A stretch of 47,413 bases of DNA from Macrostomum lignano (Eukaryota). The notes under the pieces were generated by a model. That model worked only from the letters and a program-made list of their open reading frames with translations. It was not told where the DNA came from and ran no database searches. Within the stretch, counting starts at the first letter, position 1, and each line of letters opens with the position of its first letter. A program made the translations under genes and the position numbers. The stretch is from NCBI GenBank assembly GCA_002269645.1, contig NIVC01004392.1:1-47413 (forward strand). The letters are read 5' to 3'. This document shows positions 38,326 through 47,413 of the stretch, one piece after another.

Positions 38326-38971
38326 GTATTTGAGTTTTTGCACCAGAAAATATTAACGCTTTTTACAACATAATGACAGAAGCTGTCAGGCAGGAAGTGA
38401 AATTTATTTTACAGTCTACTATTGGAATAGGCTTTTTCATTATAAGTGGCACAATTGCTTTTGAAAACAACTCGTATGCTTTTTTTATTTTGGTTTGCCC
38501 CTGTTTAGGAAAATCTCAGACTCAAACGACAATAAATTAGCACAAACTTTGGTCTTCCGCGTGAAACGCATATACGAGCCGTAATCAACATGGCGGATGT
38601 GAATTGTAACCATAGGCCAAAAAGGGAGCAAAAAATCTCTAAAGTTCGGACAAACTTGAAAACTGTCAACCGAGTCCGATGAAATCGACCGCCATACATA
38701 TAACAAATACTAAATAGTAAAAAATTATTTTAAAATCAGAACAGCTAACATTTCCTTTAATCTAGGAAATTAATTTTCAATAAGGGCGTTGATTTTCCTC
38801 GACAATCAGCCTATTTAATCTACACGTAATTATGAACTTTAACTTGTGCTATATAACAAATTCGACTCAACATTTAAACCATAAGACAAAGGCAGTGAGA
38901 AACTAACTAACAAAGACAAACATATTCAAGTCAGTACTACAATCAATCAATTTAATCAACAATACAATTGG

Positions 38972-41900
38972 CTAAAACAAAATAAACTTGAAGTTAAATG
39001 CCAGAAAAGTTACGGTGCAAGCAAAACAGCTAGCCAGGTAGCCTAATGCTGAGACGCCAGTGGTTGATCGGCCGCACTCGCTGGAGTCCTCCTGCAATTT
39101 TATCCGCGCACGTTCAAGCGAGTTGATTGATGGCAGGCTCTTTGGTTTTGGCATTGGCTGCCGCTTAATTAATAACCCTAGCTGCATATGAGGCACTATG
39201 TGATAAGCCTAACCCCCATCGAAGCGCTGACGTGACTATGATGGCTTATTCAATTAGTACCATAGCTCCCCAGGTAAGGTGAAAATTTGTTTTTAAAAAA
39301 TTCTATCCCTTCTAAAAAATCATTCATTTACCCAGCTGTATCTGCCCGGCTATCCAGCAGAGATCCAGGTACCATCAATTGATGCTAAGCAGAGGTTAGA
39401 CTTCAACGTTTGAATATTTTATAAACATGTTATAATAATAATTATAAAGTATCTGATAGGGGGGACATTATTCTAAAAGCAATATTTTCTACTCTTAAGT
39501 GAATACAAGTTGGGCCCTAAGCAATTAGTGACTAACGTAGGGAGACTATTTCTAGCAATCCAGCAAAACCTGCACACTACACCTGTACACTACAACCTGA
39601 AAACCATTTCGATTCACGAGGTATAAAGTCTAAGATGCCCAGCGCCCCCAGCCCTCACATCAGTAAAACATGGGAAAGTAAGTAGAGTTGACTGTGGTTC
39701 AGTTGCATGTATCTGTGCTGTTGGCTGTACAACCTGTCTCTTCATACGCTTACTCCATCGAGCATCTCCGTAACTTACTCGAGGTAGTCCGCCAGGTGAT
39801 GTGTAGTAAATTAAATCAACCGTTTATAGCTCCAACACTACATTGCTAGCTCACAAATCATTTGGTTTAAATTGAAAACCAGTGCTGGCTGTAAAATGAA
39901 TTGGCTTGATAGGAAGTTTTCACTTTTTTAGCACTTGCGTTGCGAGATGGCGTAGGGAATTTTTGCGCTAAAAACTGAAATATTCCGATCTTGCTAAAGC
40001 ATTTTTACAGCGAAAACCATATAAGCTGAAACTTTCGTCAGCGCAGATATACGCACGTAGCATATGCTTTACAATAGATCAGCCAACGCACCTTTGGGTG
40101 CCAATTGTAGCAACTGGTCGGTCGGCTTCGGAACCGCGGCTCCAATGTGCACACGTCGGGTCCGGGATCTTCGCGAGCCTCTCGACGCAGCTCGAGGTAG
40201 TCAAGTCCGACGCTCTGCTCAGCGGACTCTGAACCGTCGGCAGCGTCAGAACCGGCTGGCGTCATTGACATCAGCAATGCGGAATCCAGAGGATTAGGAG
40301 GCTTACTGGCCGCTGCCAGCACTAAGTTGGTGCCGTTCAGAAATAGCACGCTTATCTTTCTGCCCAAATTGTCGCGTGATTCGAAGCTCTCGCTGGCTTG
40401 CGGACGACTTTACGTGGGATAGGATGGGATGAGTTTAATATTCTATTTGAAATAGGAATTCAAAAATCAGATTTTTTGTTTGTAGAGAAGGTATTTAAGT
40501 TTCAGAAATTCGTTAATTCATGGAACTAGGGCTGTAAGAATGTCTTCTATCGAATAGGAGCAAATCTGTTAAGCTGCAATTCAAACAATTAGTCGGCTAT
40601 GCAAAGGTAACAGGCATTTTTACGGTTTATAGCAATAATGTGAGAGTTAATGGTTTGCGGAGTAGCGGGAAGGAAGATTTTCCTTGTTTTGCAGGGAAGC
40701 AAGCGCATATACAGACACTGCAGCTGTACGTGGAAGCGGTTCACGGCAAGCACTGTAGACCAGACTGAACTGCTGTACAAAAGGCTGTACAATGAATATG
40801 GCTTGGGTGGAAAGTTAGTCTAGACCAGACAGCCTATCCTAGAATATTGGTGTGTTACTAGATCGTATTTGCGATTCCTAATTTTTCACGTACCACGCAT
40901 ACTTGCGTATGAGTTGACTAACGTTCTTGTCAGAGTTCAACCATATCTCGCAGTAATGCTTCATTTCCCAGACTAATCCTATTTATAAGCGGCTCTATAG
41001 AATGTCTGACAAGCATTTTTGTTCTGCAATCATATCCTAATTGAGTTAGCTGTCAGACTTAGCTCTGGTTGAGGTGCAATGCTCATTAGGACACTGCCAC
41101 ACAACGTTCGCTGCTAAATTGATATAATTTGTTCCAGTACCTGCTATAGTCTTATTTAAATTACTATGTGTAAAGCTATATGCGAATTTGCCAATTTAAG
41201 AACAATAAACGGGATTGGTCTCTGGATAATCTAAAATTTGGATTTGATAGTCCAGACCACTGGTCCTAAAAACACCAGGCATGTCTGTCACCCAATATAC
41301 TCGTAAAAGTGGCTACTTTTTTTGCTCTATTCAACACGTAGTATCGTTTGTTCTACTAGGCCAAGGAATTCTATTATTAGCATTTGGACTGGAAACGAGT
41401 TTTTCACTTTTCCCTCATGAGGCCACACATAATGAGGTTGCGCTAAATTGGTTGCGTTTTTGTAAAACTCCTATCGTCTTTTTGCAGATAACATTGCCAT
41501 CTTAAGTGAATGAATGAGTGCGAATTAAATGAGCTGTCCTTTGGTGCTACGACTTCTTTTGATCGGTTAGGACATTTTAATGCGTTGTATTAGTTGATTA
41601 TGCTGCTAGGTAAGCGCGAGCAACTATGCACATGGAACTTGGCCTCTTAGAATGACAAATTTTGCTTAAACACAAAACCATTCAACTATGGCCTCGCGTT
41701 GTAAAAAATAAAATTCAAATTCAATCCAGACGCTAATTGTAGAACTCCTTGACTAAGTCTGATAAAAGTTTTGTCTATGTCTCAAATCGAGTCAACACTA
41801 GCCATAAAATCACTGAATGCGGAAATTTCATGCGCTTCAAAGAGCACAAATGGATCGTTTTTAGAATCTATGGACCAGGCACACGTTCTAGAGTCTAAAC

Positions 41901-44900
41901 CATAGGCTGTACAAATTTGCTAACACCTGAATTTAGGATCTCAGTTGCGAAATAATCAAAAACGCTATAGTGTGCGACAGAAAAGTTTTCGAAGCAACCA
42001 AAACAGAACTAAAAAAGCTACCCATGTATACGATCTCGATGGGTAAAAATCAACACAACCCATGGAAAGCAATTAAAGTAATGCGCTGCTCAAACTGTTC
42101 GCTAAACCATAAATATTTGACAAAGCTGCTTTATCAATTGGTAAATTAAATGCGTTAGTAGAGGCAGGGCTTCTCAGTTCCAGCAGTCCATTGTAGCAAA
42201 AATAATTGAACTGCGACTAAAGCATTTACGCTTGCGACATTGATACTACTTAGTTTCCAGTAGTATTTTTTGTAATCTTTTTTTAGCCTCATAAGCAAGC
42301 TGGATTCAGTGCGAATTTAGATGGCAAACCAAAGGCGGACATGATGACAGTTTAAACAGTGGGTTTGTTAGATAAATGCACTCGCAGTCTATTTAAACTA
42401 GATATATTCTCCGTATGGGCTATCGCTGCATAACAGTTCGCAGGCCAACTGAGACTATAGGAGCTATGAATTCACAATCATTTCGTGAGAACCACGGCTT
42501 CTTCGCTATAAATCAAAGCACAACACCGACTTCTGTTTTTAGATCTAAGCTCCGCTGATGCAGTCAACTGAAGGTACACTAAGCTGTACCTTTCTTGAAT
42601 TATGCTGGCTCTCTGTCCTTAAAACACTCTCAATGGTCCTAAATTTCAAGTTGGGATGTCCAATTTTAGGCATGCTTGTCTCTCAATCGAATTCCCTAAA
42701 TCAGAAGTTTGTGTGTTGTCTATGGGCCAACCTGTCTTGTCTTTATTAAAACTCTATAGGCTCTCAACGTTGGATGTCTGTTGTTTAACTTGGAAGCATG
42801 ACAAAAGCTATAGTTTCACAGCAGTGCGCGTGGGAAACAATTTCGCATATTCTATATACCCTAGATAGACCGTGGCATGAAAACCCACGGGGTTAAGACC
42901 ATAGACTGTACTGTAGCTTCTGCTGCTCCTAAGCATTTGCTGCAGCAGCAGAGTAGTGTCTGTGGCCCAAACCTTGAGCGAATGCTGGAGTGATACACAT
43001 CTACGCTTGTACAGTATATCATATAAAAGCTGTGGGTCATAGTGTTTAAAATAAAGTATTTTAATGTCACTTGCTAGCATGCTTTGTATTAATACGGGTT
43101 TTTCAAATAATACTGACTGACAGACGATAAATTGTAAAATGTATTAAATACATGCTAAGTTTATAAATTTGGTTCCTTTATTATCCCAACAAGAATGGAA
43201 TTGCCAGCTCCCTAGGCTCAGTTGGCTGGCATTTTGCTTTATTACATTGAAAATTCTATAGCATAAAACTATTGATATACCTGCTTAGAAAGCTGAAATG
43301 GAGGATTTATTACGCGGTAAGTCGTAAGTAAATGAGGTCAAGTGTCGATTTTTATGCTTTAATATGAATTAAAAAACACTTTGTTAACTAACCGGTAGTA
43401 GCGATAGCCTAACTTGATGCAGCTCTCGTTTAGATTGACTGACGACGTGGCCTCTTGACTGGAGATCGGTGCAGCCAGCCACAGCAGAGCGTTGAACAGC
43501 CCGACAGGCAGACTGTTGGACACTAGGATGGCTGATATTGATGGCAGCGCCGTCAGCAAGCGAGAAATCAGCGCCGATCGGGAACTGCCGGATTTTGACG
43601 CTCGTTTTGACGACTTTTTTGGACAGCTGGCTTGAAAGTCGTACTCTTTTTCGCTGGATTGGTGTGACAGTTTTAACGAATTGATATTGTAGGCATTTCA
43701 TTTAATACCTGATAAGCAGCTATCTCTAAAACAGAAATTCCGAGTCGAAAAGCACTTTTTTCTACGAGTTCACGAATTCTAACACGATTCTCTTCGAACA
43801 CGAAGAGCCATGGCTATTGTAATGCTGTGTAGCTCGTATCGTTCGTGCTGACCTTGATTTTTATCAATAAAAAGCATTACCCACCTTTCGTACACAGACA
43901 GATTGAAGACTAGATGTCGCATCAACGGTTTGTCCACGTGGCCGAGAAAGTGTCCGATTGCCTAAATCAAGTTTCGCGTAAAAACATACTGAATCAATGA
44001 ACTTTAGGAACTAGTCAAGATAATATTTTACAACTTTCCTCTACCTGAAAATTTTCGTTCGCTGACACAATATAGCCACCGTCCTCCAACAGGTAGCAGG
44101 TGTTATTAACCCGGTCCAAGTCGCACAGGGAGCCAAATGTTGAATTAAATATCGACTGGGAAATCCAACGCCAGGAGAGCGTGGCCCCAACTACTGCAAG
44201 TAAAGTATACCGCAAAACTTATTAATACTACTTGAACTGAACCAAAATGGCCAAGAGTCTGATTTTGCGATTGAAATTCGAACCTGCCACTTTGAAGCCG
44301 TCATCCAGGGTCACCGCTTGAAACATGGTCAGAGGTGGCGGCTCATGCAGGCCCAACTGAGGCTGCTTCCCTTCCGGCTGAGGCGTCGGTCGATGCTGAG
44401 CTGCGCTGTTGAATCCGCAGTCGCTACATACACGAGGATGTTCACTCGATACAGCTGACTTCAGCTCATTGTCCACCACTGCGGCTGTCGATCTGAATGA
44501 GGCGTCGGCTGTCGCGCTGTTGGCGCCAAAACCGAAAAAGTCTGACATAGGATCCGGGGTCGATGCCATCGCTTGAAAGACCTCTACAAATCGATAATAC
44601 ATCGGGGACAGGGTAGTAAACACACGGGCGTCTCGATATTGAAGTTTGTAGCTGATAAAATTTGGTTATTTATGCGAGTTCGTACTTTAATTTTGGACAC
44701 GAAAATACCTCTATTCTTCTATTTGATCCTGTTGAGGACCACTGATACGCTCGTTCAAGTAAAAAAGTAGGAGTTTTCTAATTATGAAGGTGTACAAAGT
44801 GCTCTACAGCCTTACCTCCGGTTTTAAACGGCACCACGGAGGCAAAGATGATGTCAGGCTGCTCAAAGGCACGCTGGTAATAGCCCTCGAACCAGCCCTC

Positions 44901-45260
44901 GCGCCAGCTGTCGTAGCGCCAAGTCTCGCTCGCCGGCTGGACGCCCATGATACCCGAAAGGCCAGTCAGGAACACCGATTGAGCACCAGTCAGTGTCGCA
45001 TCAGTCTGTCTGTCTGTCAGCGTCGGTCCGAAGAAGCTCTCGTACAGGGCCATATCAACTGCGACCGCCTTAAGCCAGTGACTGTGGCACAGATGGCTGC
45101 CATTGTGCAGGAAAGTCTGCAACAAATTGGCCATGTTTGCTGGCGCATTTCTAATCAGTTCGGCGTCTTCTAGTAGAGTTTCGTTATCTGCTGAATGTTG
45201 CTGCTGTTGCTGCTTGGTTTTGGGTGGCTGAGTACCAGAAGGCCAAGGACGTCTTGTTGG
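38972..45260 (-). CDS. CACNA2D: Voltage-gated calcium channel alpha2/delta subunit, 3' portion (5' exons upstream or outside the window)
   Basis: Exons 45260-44816, 44583(acceptor uncertain)-44284, 44193-44045, 43961-43885, 43653-43393, 40407-40092, 39091-38972. Motifs: YYQRAFEQ..FASVVPF, AVVG, CYLLEDGGYIV, IGHFLGHVDKPLMRHLV, YDFQASC, hydrophobic alpha2/delta linker, SCIK, GTNLVL, RFRSRPTSCYNWHP/EDSSECG and a hydrophobic C-terminal GPI signal. The symbol is family-level only. Confidence 0.88.
42897..42967. mobile_element. Second copy (71 bp) of the GACCATAGAC Harbinger-type MITE
   Basis: TAA-GACCATAGAC...GTCTGTGGCC-CAA. The internal GAGCAGCAGAAGCTACAGT is shared, in reverse orientation, with 23536-23594. 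Confidence 0.7.
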
Positions 45261-45509
45261 CTGCAGACGGTTATTGGCAAGTAAAGATCCGGTAAGTTAT
45301 TGGCACCTGAGCCTCGTGAGTTGCCGTATTTACGAGTACTGTAATGGTTGCGCACTACATGTACACATGTTAGGGCTTGGGTAAAATATAAAATGTACGT
45401 TTGCTATTACAGTATTTTAATGATTAATTGTACGCAGGAATAGGAGGGGTTCGCAACCCTCAAGGTCATCAATATAGGATGACACTACATGTATCTTTTG
45501 ATAGGAGCC

Positions 45510-47030
45510 ACTGTCAATTGGTTGGTGCCATTGTCTCTTGATTAACGCCACTGTCTCTTGATTAAGGCCACTGTCTCTTGATTGTCACTAATATCTCTTG
45601 ATTGACGCCACTGTCTCTTGATTAAGGCCACTGTCTCTTGATTGTCACTAATATCTCTTGATTGACGCCACTGTCTCTTGATTAAGGCCACTGTCTCTTG
45701 ATTGTCACTAATATCTCTTGATTGGCGCCACTGTCTCTTGATTGTCACTAATATCTCTTGATTAACGCCACTGTCTCTTCATTGTCACTAATATCTCTTG
45801 ATTGGCGCCACTGTCTCTTGATTGTCACTAATGTCTCTTGATTAACGCCACTGTCTCTTCATTGTCACTAATGTCTCTTGATTGGCGCCACTGTCTCTTG
45901 ATTGTCACTAATGTCTCTTGATTGGCGCCACTGTCTCTTGATTAAGGCCACTGTCTCTTGATTGTCACTAATATCTCTTGATTGACGCCACTGTCTCTTG
46001 ATTAAGGCCACTGTCTCTTGATTGTCACTAATATCTCTTGATTGGCGCCACTGTCTCTTGATTGTCACTAATATCTCTTGATTAACGCACTGTCTCTTCA
46101 TTGTCACTAATGTCTCTTGATTGGCGCCACTGTTTCTTGATTGTCACTAATGTCTCTTGATTGGCGCCACTGTCTCTTGACTGTCACTAATGTCTCTTGA
46201 TTGGCGCCACTGTCTCCTGATTGGCGCCACTTTCTCTTGATTGGCGCCACTGTCTCCTGATTGGCGCCACTGTCTCCTGATTGGCGCCACTGTCTCCTGA
46301 TTAGCGCCACTGTCTCCTGATTTGCGCCACTGTCTCTTGATTGGCGCCACTGTCTCCTGATTGACGCCACTGTCTCCTGATTGGCGCCACGGTCTCTTGA
46401 TTAGCGCCACTGTCTCCTGATTTGTGCCACTGTCTCTTGATTGGCGCCACTGTCTCCTGATTGACGCCAATGTCTACTGATTGGCGCAACTGTCTCTTGA
46501 TTGGCGCCACTGTCTTTTGCTTGGCGCCACGGTCTCCCGATTGGCGCCACTGTCTCTTGATTGGCGCCACTGTCTCCTGATTGGCGCCACTGTCTCGTGA
46601 TTGGCGCCACAGTCTCTTGATTAGCGCCACTGTCTCCTGATTTGTGCCACTGTCTCTTGATTGGCGCCACTGTCTCCTGATTGACGCCAATGTCTACTGA
46701 TTGGCGCCACTGTCTTTGCTTGGCGCCACTGTCTTTTGCTTGGCGCCACGGTCTCCCGATTGGCGCCACTGTCTCTTGATTGGCGCCACTGTCTCCTGAT
46801 TGGCGCCACTGTCTCCTGATTGGCGCCACTGTCTCCTGATTGCCGCCACTGTCTCTGATTGACGCCACTGTCTCCTGATTGGCGCCACTGTCTCCTGATT
46901 GCGCCACTGTCTCCTGATTGACGCCACTGTCTCCTGATTGGTGCAACTGTCTATTTGTTGGCGCCATTGTCTTTTGCTTGCGCCACGGTCTCCCGATTCG
47001 CGCCACTGTCTCCTGATCGGCGCGCTGTCT
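45510..47030. repeat. 20-bp minisatellite (ATTGGCGCCACTGTCTCYTG family), ~75 units, in an alpha2/delta intron
   Basis: Mixed monomers ATTGRCGCCACTGTCTCTTG, ATTGTCACTAATRTCTCTTG and ATTAAGGCCACTGTCTCTTG form 60-bp and 40-bp multimers on the left and near-monomeric repeats on the right. It explains the (RQWRQS...QETV) ORFs. Confidence 0.96.
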
Positions 47031-47413
47031 CCAAGGCAGCTAAGCTAAAACAGTCAGTCATCAAGCCTCTTTGTGGAACCAGTCACAAACATTCAACATC
47101 GCAGCGTTTTTTACTAACATATTTAACAGTTGGAGTTGCTGAGGCAGCTTTCGGCTGCGATGCATGCTCACAGATGATGACTGCCTCCCCGATCTTTGCT
47201 TTGCTGGCGGCTTCAACGTCGGGGGGATATAGTACTCGGTGCAGTAGGGCATCTTGCTTGGCACACGTAGTCGAACGAGTCGCTTGGATAACGAACTGTG
47301 GTCTTTCTTGGCTCATCGTAAAATGATTCAGACGGAAAGCACCAGCTATGGCAGATCGATTTCCAAATCGAATTGAAGTGAGAGGTGAAATTTCTTCTTA
47401 TCGGTTGCTGCCT

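Noticed and set aside
38135-38356. Apparent + strand terminal exon (AREFQPARPLPKG...)
   Set aside because: It overlaps the LINE 3' remnant recognised by its zinc-knuckle, UTR and tail matches to the other two copies.
45542-47006. Multiple (RQWRQS..QETV) ORFs
   Set aside because: They are overlapping translations of the 20-bp tandem array in all frames.
47119-47413. Possible further alpha2/delta exon ending ...ATPTVKY/GTTAGT (phase 0, compatible with the 45260 acceptor), or a + strand exon after TACTAAC...TTTAACAG at 47128
   Set aside because: No convincing alpha2delta motif in any frame and the acceptor is unclear. The strand and frame cannot be decided without transcripts.

Overview
This is animal (invertebrate) genomic DNA with short GT-AG introns and many micro- and minisatellites. 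The style recalls flatworm genomes such as Macrostomum, but the species cannot be determined from the window. The ORF track misses almost all real genes because they are spliced. Manual splice reconstruction with consistent reading phases gives five genes. (1) A 4-exon + strand gene (3635-5294) encodes a ~324-aa secreted protein with a divergent FGF (FGF8/17/18-like) beta-trefoil. (2, 3) Two tandem - strand trypsin-family zymogen genes (11526-8003, 7 exons; 18871-13574, 6 exons) keep an intact His-Asp-Ser triad and Asp189 but share unusual Phe193 (CQ-FDSGGP) and Arg215 (SRG) substitutions. (4) A complete 17-exon kainate-like ionotropic glutamate receptor (37120-23196, ~936 aa) has the glutamate gamma-carboxylate-binding Thr (GluA2 T655) replaced by Met. 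(5) The 3' part of a voltage-gated calcium channel alpha2/delta subunit gene (45260-38972 or longer) ends in a GPI signal. Introns and spacers hold a mariner remnant, three LOA/R1-like LINE 3' ends, three tRNA/CORE-like SINEs, a Gypsy LTR-PBS-gag stub, an LTR-like promoter block, a fold-back element, tiny Harbinger-type MITEs, and 4-, 7-, 15-, 16-, 20-, 21- and 23/24-bp tandem arrays, some with higher-order structure. There is no CRISPR array, rRNA or genuine tRNA. All exon models and family assignments were made by eye and still need transcript or HMM confirmation.
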